Below are positions 1 through 14,198 of a DNA stretch of 64,000 nucleotides, in pieces. Made by a program: the position numbers and the translations under genes. The notes below the pieces were generated by a model. That model made no database searches. It had not been told where the DNA came from and saw only the letters and a program-made list of their open reading frames with translations. Numbering within the stretch: position 1 is the first letter of the stretch; the number at the start of each line of letters is the position of its first letter. This DNA comes from Eledone cirrhosa (taxonomy: Eukaryota): contig OZ024756.1 of assembly GCA_964016885.1 (NCBI GenBank), positions 39,742,001 to 39,806,000 of the forward strand, written 5' to 3'.

Positions 1-20
1 AACATGATGCAGTTATGAAT

Positions 21-940
21 GCATCCTATCCCCCTCCCGCCATTCTTCTGTGACCCTAGAGCATCCTATCCCCCTCCCGCCATTCTTCTGTGACCCTATG
101 CATCCTATCCCCCTCCCGCCATTCTTCTGTGACCCTAGAGCATCCTATCCCCCTCAAGCCATTCTTCTGTGACCCTAGAGCATCCGATCCCCCTCCCGCC
201 ATTCTTATGTGACCCTAGAGCATCCTATCCCCCTCCAGCCATTCTTCTGTGACCCTAGAGCATCCGATCCCCCTCCCGCCATTCTTATGTGACCCTAGAG
301 CATCCGATCCCCCTCCAGCCATTCTTCTGTGACCCTAGAGCATCCTATCCCGCTCCTGCCATTCTTCTGTGACCCTAGAGCATCCTATCCCCCTCCCGCC
401 ATTCTTCTGTGACCCTAGAGCATCCTATCCCCCTCCCGCCATTCTTCTGTGACCCTAGAGCATCCTATCCCCCTCAAGCCATTCTTCTGTGACCCTAGAG
501 CATCCGATCCCCCTCCCGCCATTCTTCTGTGACCCTAGAGCATCCTATCCCCCTCCAGCCATTCTTCTGTGACCCTAGAGCATCCTATCCCCCTCAAGCC
601 ATTCTTCTGTGACCCTAGAGCATCCTATCCCCCTCCAGCCATTCTTCTGTGACCCTAGGGCATCCTATCCCTCTCAAGCCATTCTTCTATGACCCTAGAG
701 CATCCTATCCCCCTCAAGCCATTCTTAGGTGACCCTAGAGCATCCTATCGCCCTCCAGCCATTCTTCTGTGACCCTAGAGCATCCTATCCCCCTCCAGCC
801 ATTCTTCTGTGACCCTAGAGCATCCTATCCCTCTCAAGCCATTCTTCTATGACCCTAGAGCATCCTATCCCCCTCAAGCCATTCTTCTGTGACCCTAGAG
901 CATCCTATCCCTCTCAAGCCATTCTTCTGTGACCCTAGAG
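21..940. repeat. 40-bp minisatellite (GAGCATCCTATCCCCCTCCCGCCATTCTTCTGTGACCCTA), ~23 copies
   Basis: Direct 40-nt periodicity with minor variants. Confidence 0.97.
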
Positions 941-1559
941 CCCTAGGTCAGGCTTCCCTTTTTTTTCAGTTTTTTAATATTTGTAGTTATTTGTCTATAT
1001 ATAAGTTTCTATTAACTATAACTATTCTCTCTTTTTCTTGTTTGAAGCTAAATAAATATTTTATAGAAATACTACTGACATTCCATTGAACAAATTCTTC
1101 TCTAGAACCCCGTTGAATATAGCATAGAATTTTTAGTTTAACACTTACCTTCTGATGCTTTAAAAGGAGTTTTCCCTGGCAGACATACAATTATTTAATC
1201 CGTAAGCATGTTGTAACTACTCCAAAGACTGAGTATTGAACTGAGTGCGGAGTTTGAGCCAGAGATCAGTGTTTATTGGCAAACGACTTCATTCTAATCA
1301 GTCAACTGGCATCCTTTGAATTTTGCCAATCTACTGTCTCGTTCAATGTATAATGAGGTTTTGATATTTGGTTCTCAGACAAATATTTATGCTGACAGTT
1401 TCAGTGGTATTTGGGGAATATTTTCCATCGCAATGCCGTTCTTAATGTACAAAAGTCCAGAATGTTTTATTGGAATAAATATAAAAAGATTCAATATAAT
1501 TTCTCTCCTTTTCAGATTAATTAATCAACTAATATTTTCTAGTTAGTCTTTCCAATACT

Positions 1560-1840
1560 TTTTATATCGGCAGCAATAGCCAGCAGGCGTTTGGGTAATA
1601 CTGCCAAATTCTTCATTATCTAATTGAATTCAATGCTAGGTTTGAATCATCTTGTCAATAAGATCTGTTTCCATTGTTATCTTGAGCTCAAGAAAATAAG
1701 CATTTGTACATTGTTATCTCTCTTTCAAAGTCAAATCATTATACCTGCTTTGAATACGTCCAGAGTGAATATGAAAAATTCTTTGTTTGTAGCATCAGTT
1801 GCTCTAAAATCGATAAACTACGTGTTAAGAATAATGCTCT
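1560..1840 (-). mobile_element. Possible highly decayed Penelope-like RT fragment
   Basis: Broken minus-strand reading gives NT*FID...NKEF, YFLELKI..TDLIDK and FGSITQTPAG. These loosely recall the PLE RT motifs RYIDD, FLDL.I, YDK and SNIP..PAYG. Many stops and frameshifts. Confidence 0.25.
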
Positions 1841-2513
1841 TTATATTGTATACATTATACAGTGTTATGGGAGTATCAAGAATCACTCTGTAAACCTCTG
1901 TTGGTTCACTATTGAGCAGATAAAATCTAGTATTCACTTAATGATATATGAATGCCTTTCTCTGCTAGTTATTAGATTTCTTTAACACAAAGTCGAGAGG
2001 AAGGACAATGCCCATAGCCCTTTCTAGACAACAAGGACCAGTGGGATGGGCTGAGAGAGTGGTATCCTCAAACCGGAGACAAAAATAGACGCCACTGAAG
2101 CACTGAAGCACTCAAGAACAAAATTTGGATGTTAAATTAAACCGGGCGATGGATGAAAACTACTACCCAAGTATGCCACGGTGGGACTTTAACTCAGAAC
2201 ACGAAGAACCAAAGTAAAATGCCACAAGGCATTCAGTCCAATGTTCTAACAATTCCGCCATTCGATGGCCCTAGATTGGAACTTTATTTATCGACTCTGA
2301 AAGGATGAAAAGCAAACGTGAACTCGGAAGCATTTGAGTACAGATCGCGGGGAGTAAACAAAGAAATATAAAAATGTAATAGAAATAGAATCTTTTGTCG
2401 TATTTCGACTAGGGTTTTAAACCCCACTATCAAGCTAATTTCTTTAGTCCAAATAAGGCCTTAATTGCTGGCCTTGTGCCAAAAGTAGAAACATTATTAT
2501 TATTATTATTTAA

Positions 2514-2706
2514 GGGCGGTGGATTGGCTGTATCGGTAGAGGGTCGGACGCCATGCTTTCCAGTATAGTTACGTCCCTTTACGGTCTGAGTTCAAATCCC
2601 GCCGAGGTTAACTTTGCCTTTCATCCGTACGGGGTCGATAAAATAAAGTACCAGTAATGTACTGGGTAATTGCTGGCCTTGTGCCAAAAGTAGAAACAAT
2701 TATTAT
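2514..2706 (+). mobile_element. tRNA-derived SINE family 1 (Meta-domain-like core), short form
   Basis: B-box GAGTTCAAATCC, core TTGCCTTTCATCC..GGGGTCGATAAAATAAAGTACCAG and ATT tail. More than 10 homologous copies in the window. Confidence 0.85.
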
Positions 2707-3146
2707 TTAAAAATTAAATATAGAATGTAGTAGTATGGGAGTCTGATCTTTAGTTGGACTGAAACTAATTCGTATTTCTACGTCATAAAATATCTAAATA
2801 CAAACCATGCAGATCTCTGAAAAATTCTAATACAATTAACATATTCAAACTGGCTTGCACTCGGGACTTCTATACCTTTGTCTTGCGAGTCGATCATTTC
2901 AGATATAATGCTTTGATAAACATTGTGATGTTATCAATTGTGTCTCCACAAGGCTTCTCTCAAGCATCTCCGATCATAATCAGGTGAGATCTCAATGAAG
3001 TTGTCTTACATATATTACTGAAACGAATACTGATCAATTTAAAGGATATATGTATTGATTCCACTTATTTGAAATGCAAATGATAAAGGTATATAACTAG
3101 AATATATAATAAAGTTCTAAGGGATAAATACACACACATACACACT

Positions 3147-3202
<56 letters not shown>

Positions 3203-3204
<2 letters not shown>

Positions 3205-3416
3205 GGAAAATGTTTAACCCCGACGGCAGAGCTCAAGCCGTTTCGACGGCTATTTCTGGAAATATGATTTGTAATGATTGTCCAGAAATAGCTGTCGAAA
3301 CGGCTTGAGCTCTGCCGTCGGGGTTAAACATTTTCCTATTACCCACTCTACTACCCCAAGTATTGAGTACTCTGGTGCGTTATGGTCCATCAGTTTCCTT
3401 ACCACACTTTCTTCGT
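3203..3416 (+). mobile_element. (TA)n-embedded foldback element, family A (hammerhead 3' half)
   Basis: 58-bp inverted arms 3203-3260/3281-3338, a 20-nt spacer and a 78-nt tail. Homologues at 6481-6533, 35820-35915 and 36989-37187. Confidence 0.8.
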
Positions 3417-3489
3417 TATATATATATATATATATATATAAAATAAAGTTAAATAAAAGTCAAATGATTAAAATTTAGCTTCGTTTATT

Positions 3490-3544
3490 ACTGCTATATA
3501 TATTTCAGTGACAGCCATCTTTGGCTGTGACCTCTTCAGGCAGT
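3490..3544 (-). ncRNA. Type I hammerhead ribozyme motif
   Basis: Minus strand reads ACTGC CTGAAGA GGT-C-ACAGCCA AAGA TGGCTGT-C-ACT GAAA TATATAT A GCAGT. Intact core, 5-bp stem I and palindromic stem III. Confidence 0.8.
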
Positions 3545-3655
3545 TTGAATTAGTATGGTATAGACAAGTACATATGTTGTTTAGGTGTATGATATTGTCA
3601 ATACTCTGATATGCCCAGTTCCTTGCTGGGTTGTTAATTCACTGGGGAACTGGAG

Positions 3656-4280
3656 TCATATGACATATTTCGAGTATATTTTTTTGACCGGCCACCTTCC
3701 TGGTGGCAAGGTTGTAAAAGAAAAGAAATTGTCATCCCTTGAATCGCAAGAATGTTTTGCAAATTTGAAGGTGCCAGCTATCGCAGCCATTTGTAGACTA
3801 TGAATTAGGGAGCTGCGCTCTTTGTCCGCAAATCCAAGTTCAGTCATACTTTGGTCCAAGCGGGTAGCTCTAATAATGATGGGTATGAAGCTAAAGGTGT
3901 ATCTTGGATACTGGATTTGTAAACTCCTCATCAATGGTCCGTAGATGTCCTCCTTCTCCTGTATTTTTCTGACAACGTTTACATCAAATGGGCAGCTGAT
4001 CTCCACAACAGAACACGTTTTCAATGTGTGGTGCCAAACAACAATATCAGGCCCGTTGTGCTTTAATTTGGTGGCAGTTTTTATTTTCAGGTTCCACCAG
4101 TATTCCTTAGTGCCATCTTCCTCGTTTGTTGTTAATTTTGTTTTCCGAAGTGTGTTCCAGATGGTTCTAGCTATCCTATCGTGTCTCATGGGGAGGTAGT
4201 AGCGAGATGACATTCTTTCGCAGCTGGCAACAATGTGGCTTACATCCTCGATCTTTGTTTTACATAGCCTACATTGTTGA
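3656..4280 (-). mobile_element. RLE-type non-LTR retrotransposon 3' fragment (R4/Dong-like)
   Basis: CRLC..E...HIVASC zinc knuckle, RHD motif and PDIVV..VVEISCP..K...K..Y PD-(D/E)xK endonuclease motif. Abuts (TATG)n. Confidence 0.88.
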
Positions 4281-4756
4281 ATGTACGTACGTATGTATGT
4301 ATTTATGTATGTATGTTACCCATGCTAGCGTGGAAGATGGGTGTTAAACGATGATGATGATAATCGTGATGATAATGATGATGATGAGGATGATGAGGAT
4401 GATGATGATGATGATGCTGATGGTGATGATGATGGTGTATGTATGAATATATGTATTTATGTATACCAAACCATTAGTCAATCCATAAGGAAACATTGTT
4501 TCCTTGGTCCGATTTGACCAGTTCATCTCCACTCGGTAAGCGAATGAGGTTCAGTACTTCGATGGAGCATTGTTTTATTGACTACAAAAAAGACAAAACT
4601 GCACTTGGTGAGATTTGACCTCAGGGCGTAGACCCTTATTTAAATACGGCAAGTCATTTTTGCCTGACGATGTAACTGTTCTGCTAACAAAATCTTGACA
4701 TCGACTGGAAGCCTTCACAGAAAAAAGGAGCTAAAAAGCCTGTATATCACTGTCTA

Positions 4757-5082
4757 TGGGCGGCGAATTGATAGAGTCGTTAGAATGTTGGGTAAAATGC
4801 TTTATGGTATTCGTTTCGGCTCTCTGCTCTGAGTTCAAATCCCGCCGAGGTCAACGTTGCCTTTCATCCTATCAAGGTCGATAAAAAAAGGAGCCAGTCT
4901 TGTACTGGGAGTCTATTCTTCCTCAATATCTCTCTCTCACTTTCTATCTTTCTCTGGAAGAAATCTGCTGTAGTCAGGCCTGGGGAGGGATGGGCTTCGT
5001 CAGACTTAAAATGTCCAACAAAACGCCGTATGTCAATATGGGTAATTGCTGGCCTTGTGCCAAAAGTAGAAACAATTATATA
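4757..5082 (+). mobile_element. SINE family 1 copy interrupted by a ~135-bp insertion
   Basis: Head, B-box and core at 4757-4908. Tail resumes at ~5041 (GGTAATTGCTGGCCTTGTGCC). Confidence 0.75.
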
Positions 5083-5084
5083 AT

Positions 5085-6610
<1,526 letters not shown>

Positions 6611-6875
6611 GTATTGGCGCAGGCATGTCTAGATAATTATGGAGTCCACTCTATTACAAGCTATTTTATGCTGTTTCTGCCTGGCCTGTGTATTATTCCG
6701 TTAATATAACAACTGTCCGAGGAATACTCAGCCATTTACATTATAATTCAATAATCAGACTGTCCAGTTGATTTAAAGAATAGAGAAATACTCATCTTAA
6801 AAAATTGTTACACACATTGCATATGTACAGTATGCCCCGCCCCCAATATCCCCCAACCCCCTCCCTCCAGCCCAC

Positions 6876-7208
6876 ACGTAGCTAGAGTGTGTGCCACCTG
6901 GGGCAGCCCTTCAGTTTTTCCGCCCTTGGGCCCTTCACAAAAAATACATATTGCTCAGTGACTCACTCTTAAAGTTATATATATATAAAGTGGAAACGTA
7001 TGTAAAAGACGCAAAAAGCACCCAGCCCACACTGTACATGTGGTTGGCGTTAGGAAGGGCATCCAGCCGTAGAAAACCACCCAGAAACACCTCTATTTAA
7101 GCGAGACACGGTCACCCGACCCGACACAACTTGCCTCAAAATCGGATCCGTCTAGCCCATGCTAGCGTGGAGGATGGACGTTAATTGATGATGATGTTGA
7201 TGATGATA
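6876..7208 (+). mobile_element. Composite MITE end plus SINE family 2 3' half
   Basis: Near-identical inverted copy at 16294-16615. The SINE part ends CCCATGCTAGCGTGGA..GGACGTTAA(TGA)n. Confidence 0.75.
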
Positions 7209-7499
7209 ATTGCAAATGTACGGCCGTGTGCGCAACTGGCGGCTGAACCATCTCACAATTGTCTTGATTTCTCCCTGGGTCTTGTGACTTCAGATGGTCC
7301 ACAATTCCAGCTCTTGAGAGAAGAAATCGTTCATATATTCCTGCTGCTGTTCTAACGATGACTTTTTCTCATTTTTATATACAGTGTTTTAAAGGAACTG
7401 CATATATTTGAAAATTTTAATTAAGTTTGTGTTCTTATGTAATCAGAGATAAGCTTATTTCTAAATATCATACATCACTATTGCAACACGTTTCTCTGT

Positions 7500-7511
7500 A
7501 TGTGTGTGTAT

Positions 7512-7572
<61 letters not shown>

Positions 7573-7712
7573 CGTGCGTGTGTGTGTGTGCGTGCGTGTG
7601 TGTGTGTGTGTGTGTGTGTGCGTGCGTGTGTGTGTGTGTGCGTGCGTGTGTGTGTGTGTGTGTGCGTGCGTGTGTGTGCGTGCGTGCGTGTGTGTGTGTG
7701 AGTGTGTGTGAG
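7500..7712. repeat. (TG)n/(TGCG)n microsatellite
   Basis: Direct observation. Confidence 0.97.
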
Positions 7713-7754
7713 TGAATATGTGAGTTTGTATACTATTAAGCACAAGGAAACTCA

Positions 7755-7876
7755 CATACTGGTACTTTATTTTATCGACCCCGTAAGGATGAAAGGCAAA
7801 GTTAACCTCGGAGGGATTTGAACTCAGAATGGCAAGGGCCGTAACTCTATGCGTCAAAGCATGGCGTCCGACCCTC
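7755..7876 (-). mobile_element. SINE family 1 fragment
   Basis: Reverse complement of the core and B-box. Confidence 0.8.
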
Positions 7877-7898
7877 TATATATAGTGTATATATATAC

Positions 7899-7956
<58 letters not shown>

Positions 7957-8088
7957 TGTGTGTTTGTGTGCGTATGTGCCTGCGTGTGTGTGAGCATTTA
8001 GATATGTATCTTTCCTTATATAATGTATGTATGTATGTATGAATATATTATGTATGTATGTATGTATGTATGTATGTATGTATGTATG

Positions 8089-8912
8089 TGGCCGCGATCG
8101 CAGGTCGCACCCGGGAGTCGGGTTACAAACGCGCTCAGCGTTCGTCGCTGTCGTCGTTCCGTCTTCCCGCGCGGTCCCAACAGATCACGTCGACACGGTC
8201 GCGGCGCAAATATAAGACTGAGACCGACGACGCGTCAGATGCCGTCAGCGCCGTTCGCAGTTCGCTGCGTGCCGGTTGCGCGGCGTCGCGCATCAATTCG
8301 ACATATGTCAGGTCACCAGTTGGTGCTACTGGTAACATGTATCCCAGTACGACCTGTCTCATGGTCGGGTCGTTGGCGACTAAACTGGCAACCCCACCAA
8401 GTTTTATTGGTGAGGAGGGTGACTTTGGACATCCTGCAGGACTAAAAACAAAACCTGTCAAAGGGCAAAGGAGCTCTTAAGAGTCAATGGCCGTCCAAAA
8501 TCACCAGGAGAGATGACCCCTTAGCCTTTGTCAAGGCAGAATTCTAGAAGGAAAACTCTGATATAACACCTGCAACCCTGATGGTATCCAATGATGTTGA
8601 CTTGTTCTTCTTTTTGGTAAATATCATCTTGGTTAAGAGAGTGGGACTGGCTTTGTGCAGTGCCTTTGCTCACTATAAAAGCTTCACGGCACAGGCATTG
8701 CTTTATATCTGGAGATCTCTCTGCACTTGCCGTCACATGGTACCATGGGCCCAGCACTATGTGTCAATAATTGTCACAAGTGTAGTGTTTGTACCAGAGT
8801 TTTCAAGTCGCTGGCTGGACTAAAAAGTCACACTCGTTCAGCGCATCGGTAGGGGTTCTCCTACATGGATATAAAGTAGTGGCCGTACTCGAAAACGAGT
8901 TGGCAGCCACCA
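8089..8912 (+). mobile_element. Internally deleted (bipartite) RTE-type element
   Basis: CpG-rich 5' part. The 3' part encodes a C2H2 finger (CSVCTRVFKSLAGLKSHTRSAHR*), followed by the hairpin GTGGC..CTCG AAAA CGAG..GCCAC and a (TATG)n tail. Flanked by (TATG)n. Confidence 0.65.
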
Positions 8913-9231
8913 TGTATGTATGTATGTATTATGAATGTATTATGTATGTATGTATGTATACACACATACACACACATATACACACACACACGCAGACTCA
9001 AAGGAGAATTATAATCCTCATAAGTCCAATATATCAGATAGAATTTCTTGATCGAAGCCAATAAGATATCAATTTGTGTTAGCGGTATACTTGCCAAATC
9101 TATCGATCTGTATCCTATATTTGAATCAACCTTAAAGATTCCACAGATCATTGTGTGGGCATTTGGTTATGTAGTATAGCCTCTGGAGATCTGATTAAAC
9201 TCCTGTTTACCATATAACTCATACACACTTG

Positions 9232-9560
9232 TATACACATGTATATATATAAATACAGGCTTATATACACATGTATATATATAAATACAGGCTTATATAC
9301 ACATGTATATATATAAATACAGGCTTATATACACATGTATATATATAAATACAGGCTTATATACACATGTATATATATAAATACAGGCTTATATACACAT
9401 GTATATATATAAATACAGGCTTATATACACATGTATATATATAAATACAGGCTTATATACACATGTATGTGTATGAATACAGGCTTATATACACATGTAT
9501 GTGTATGAATACAGGCTTATATACACATGTATGTGTATGTGTATATGAATACAGGCTTAC
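9232..9560. repeat. 32-bp minisatellite (TTATATACACATGTATATATATAAATACAGGC)
   Basis: About 9-10 tandem units. Confidence 0.92.
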
Positions 9561-9986
9561 GCATATATGCATATATGTATATGAATACATGCTAATATAC
9601 ACATGATTATACATTTATGCATATATACACATGCATATATGTATATATATATATGTGTGTGTGTGTATAAATACATATTTACATACACAAGCTTATATGT
9701 ATATATATAAGTATATATATGCGTATGTATTTATGTGTGTGTTTTTGTGTATATATGCTTACATACACAGAGAGAGAGTTGTGGGGGGGGGGGAGCTATG
9801 TGTATGTTTGTATGTGTATAAATGTGTGCTTACATACACATGCATATATGTATATACATAGGGAGTGGGTGTCTGTGTGTGTAAATATATGTTTACATAC
9901 AGAAGCACAAATGCAGATCAGCAATGTTTTATTATATAAATTTGATAATATAATAAGAATGTTTGACTTCGGGTATAAAAGGTGGA

Positions 9987-10054
9987 CAGCCGAGAACAGC
10001 CGAGAATAGCCGAGAACAGTCGAGAACAGTCGAGAACAACCGACAACAGCCGAA
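9987..10054. repeat. 10-bp tandem repeat (CCGAGAACAG)
   Basis: About 6.5 units. Confidence 0.85.
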
Positions 10055-10423
10055 GGATATGGAACCAGATATCATTCTTATATCAGACGATCATGTTGTC
10101 GAATACACCATAGCGTCTCTGAAGAGTCTATACTATTAGATTAGCTCTTATAAACGTGTTAGTAGATAAACAACATTATCTACAACTTCGACTATTATCA
10201 TGTAACCACTTAATCACCCGGAGACATATTGCTTCATTGTCTTCTTGCATTGCACAGTCATTCTCTATCATATTGACATCTTTATACCTGAGGTTGTACT
10301 TGTAAATGTATTATGTGTGTGTATATATGTGTGTGTGTGTGTGTATGCATGTGTATGAGTACATACACACATGTATATTTATACATATGTATATGTGTGT
10401 ATGTGTGTGTGGTGTGTTTGTAT

Positions 10424-10469
<46 letters not shown>

Positions 10470-10576
10470 GTGTGTGTGTGTGAGTCCGGGTTCAATCTTG
10501 GGTAACCACAATAAGTAAACTCAATACATTAGTAGAGTGTAAACATTAAATTTAATATAGAAATGGTTTCTACAGA

Positions 10577-10625
10577 GCTTCCTGATGATTTCTCCCGAAT
10601 GAAACGGTTCTAGTCCTGTTGAAGC
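10577..10625 (+). ncRNA. Hammerhead ribozyme motif with weak stem II
   Basis: GCTTC CTGATGA TTTC TCCC GAAT GAAA CGG...CTG T T GAAGC. Followed by (TA)n, with an inverted partial arm upstream. Confidence 0.55.
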
Positions 10626-10634
10626 AATTTCTAT

Positions 10635-10720
<86 letters not shown>

Positions 10721-11170
10721 ATTGCAACCACTTTAATTTAAGCTACACGTTAGATTTGTTACAAGTAGTCACCAATCACTGTCATATCGACTTATTAATT
10801 CACAAACCACGCCTGTTTCAGGTAATACAGGTAAATCCCAGCTTGGATCTCATCATTTTAGTACTCCCACCCCATCACATGGAGCAGATACAGGTAACTC
10901 TATATGTACTTCTTGAACCATGCTAAAGAGCAACAGACCGAGGAAGACAAGCTAGAGTTATGTAAATATCGTCAAGAAGCTATCAAAGTATGCTTCACGG
11001 CTCCGATTAACATGACTGACTGCTCATTCAGAAAGCTATATATGCAATCACAGCTTCCATACTTGTTCAGCATGTTAAACAAATGTGTAATAAATGTGTG
11101 TATATCTGTTGACGTATATGCGTGAATACATGAGTACATGTATATGTATGTGTATACATGTATGTGTATA

Positions 11171-11233
<63 letters not shown>

Positions 11234-11279
11234 AATAAATAAGAGAGACGGTTTTATTCGTACATCTTTATTTTATATT

Positions 11280-11354
<75 letters not shown>

Positions 11355-11628
11355 CTTGCCTGTGGGTCCCTGACTGAACATTTCATCAAGGCACTTATGT
11401 CATATTATTTCTTATGACCAAAAAAATAATAATTTGGGGCCCTTTAAATATTGCGTACTGAGTTACCGTCCAGTCAGCCAACACCGCCACCACCATCACA
11501 TAGCAGCCACCCAACCTCTACCAACAACAACAGCAATATGAATGCCAATACCAAAACCACCACCTCCACCCCACCACCAACACTACAACATCCAGCCCAC
11601 CACCACCACCACCACTGGCGCTGAATTG

Positions 11629-11766
<138 letters not shown>

Positions 11767-12087
11767 GATCGAGTATCGAAAAATCGGCGCACGAGTTCAC
11801 GATAAACGAAATTCGATATGAGCGGCAGAGGGCTCAATAATTCAGATGAATCAGAGCTATAACTATCGTTAAAATACCGTCACATATAGAACAAGTCTAC
11901 AATCAACCATACGATTTAAAATCGATAAAGGAAGATTCGGGCCAAACAGATAAAAAATATCAATAAAACAATACGTCAATAATTTAAATGAATGTAAAAT
12001 CATACCCGGACCCACTAGACAGGTGTTAAATCTAGCTTCATGGGTTTCTGTAAATCCTTAGACTGTACTCTATCAGCTCACATATAG

Positions 12088-12209
<122 letters not shown>

Positions 12210-12709
12210 TTTTCTATATTCCATACGATCGATTCTCATTAATTAGTCTAATTTGCATTCTATAAACTTCTTCAGTATCTAATTATGCCATTTATCTTAC
12301 CATGATAATCAGACTAATGGGTACGGAACATCTGCTGGAGGAAGGATAAGAACAAAAATCTGATTTTCTTTTTTGTTTTAAATATCTGAAAACAAAATCA
12401 TTTTTAAATTATCCCAAACTAAAACCAAGAGACACATTATATAGCGGTGACAAGGAAGGAAAAGAGTTTTCGGATCACAATTGTATGAAATGGTTCATGA
12501 AACAAGTACTGATAAGCTCAAAACCACGTGGACCTCATTAGAAACTATGGAAGACATATGAATCAAAACATGGAATGTAGCTGAAATATATTTAAATATT
12601 TTAACAAAACTCAATCAAATTGTGAAACAGTCTTAGACCAAACAAACCGTTTAGAGATACATTGGCAAATACCACAATAACACCATTTATTTTTTCTATA
12701 GTGTACATT

Positions 12710-13080
12710 TCCTCCGAAGTCTTTGGTGTAACGTGACTGGATAAAGTGTGTAACTCAGAAATCAGAGAGTCAGTCCAGGTAGAACCACTACTTCTCTGAA
12801 TTGAGAGATCACAGCTCCAATACTATGGGCATGCGGTTAGAATGTCTCAGGAAAGAATCGCTGGACAGATTTTATGGGCAAAACTAACCGGTAGGAGACC
12901 CAGGGGTAGACCCACCCAGAGCAAGTTGGTTGGATAACATCCATGAGCTTGGTTGGTCTCGCTTGGAGATCCAGCCTGATCAGTTGGAGATAGTTGCTTC
13001 TGACCGGACCGGCTGAAAAGAGTGCTTGAGGACTCTACCCCCAGAACCCTATCAGGAATAAGTGGGAGAAGAAAAAGAAG
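12710..13080 (+). mobile_element. RTE LINE (Rex3/Expander-like) 3' fragment
   Basis: Encodes VEPLLL.IERSQL.YYGH.VRM...TGRRPRGRP...WLDNI, with a GAA-rich tail. Copies at 26959, 38120 and 61040. Confidence 0.85.
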
Positions 13081-13107
13081 TGTACACATCATTACAGCAT
13101 TCGTGCC

Positions 13108-13342
13108 TTTCGGAGAAGTAGCAGAGCTCTACCTGGAGTGACTCTCTCATCTCCGAACTACATATCTATCCAATGATTCCTGAGATATTCTAACCACATG
13201 TCCATAGTATCAGAGCTGTTATCTCTCAATTCGGAGATTCTTTCTTGAGAGATTCTAACCACATTCCCATAGTATCTGAGCTGTGATCTCTCAATTCGGA
13301 GAAGTAGCCGCTCTACCTGGAGTGACTCTCCGAGCTACGCAC
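13108..13342 (-). mobile_element. Rearranged inverted fragments of the same RTE LINE
   Basis: Reverse-complement pieces of 12750-12850, duplicated. Confidence 0.7.
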
Positions 13343-13736
13343 TTTTCTCTAAACAATAACTTACTTGTTGGTAAATGAAATGTATAGTGTTCCATGGGAG
13401 GTAACTGTAAAGAACTTTATGTGTTAATCAAATCTGAAATTTAGGTCTAAACATCAATTATATCCCTTTATATAAGGAGACTAAATAGCGAACTATAACA
13501 AAAAATATATATTTGATGTAAATATATACAGAGCGACGACCTCAGGTGATAATACAATAAGGTCACTAGAATTAAAGTCATTATGGATAACAGGAAGGAA
13601 ACTAACTGTATGTACATGTGTAGATACATACATTCCCAGCATAATCACCATTACAAGCAAGCCCGACACTTGGAGTGTGTGTGTGTGTGTACATATCTCT
13701 ATACCCACTATGTATCTTCTCATGCATTGAGTACTC

Positions 13737-13774
<38 letters not shown>

Positions 13775-13807
13775 AGCAGTGTTGAGACCGAGGAGACCAC
13801 TAATCAT

Positions 13808-13894
13808 AATATCACTACACCATCATATATATTTTTATTTTATAAAAATATATATGATGTTACTCCAGGTGACGGGCTTGCTTGTATGTTTTTT

Positions 13895-13940
<46 letters not shown>

Positions 13941-14067
13941 GTATATATATATATATATATATACGTATATATATAAATAAAAAAAATATACAAGCAAGCC
14001 CGTCACCTGGAGTAACATCATATATATTTTTATAAAATAAAAATATATATGATGGTGTAGTGATATT
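13808..14067. repeat. ~260-bp palindrome centred on (TA)n
   Basis: ~95-bp near-perfect inverted arms flanking a TA tract. Confidence 0.92.
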
Positions 14068-14122
14068 TTCCATTTATTACTATTAATAATATATATATTT
14101 AATGTATAATAAACAATACAGT

Positions 14123-14198
14123 ATAATTACCTCATTACTAGAGGTTTCCCGAATAAGACGAATACAAGACACGTCCGCATTCGTTCATCAGACAAGGC
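14123..14198 (-). ncRNA. Degenerate hammerhead-like motif
   Basis: Minus strand reads CTGATGA A CGAAT...ATTCG G GAAA CCTC TAGTAAT GAGG TA. Stem I pairs poorly. Confidence 0.4.

Noticed and set aside
4960-5010. Minus-strand CTGACGAAGCC..GGC within the insertion in a SINE
   Set aside because: No GAAA or stem III follows.
10115-10165. CTGAAGA..TAAACGTGTT hammerhead-like remnant
   Set aside because: GAAA box absent and stems inconsistent.
12005-12082. Minus-strand CTGATAGA..GAAACCCA..TGGGTC hammerhead-like motif
   Set aside because: Insertion in the core and no convincing stem I. At best a decayed remnant.
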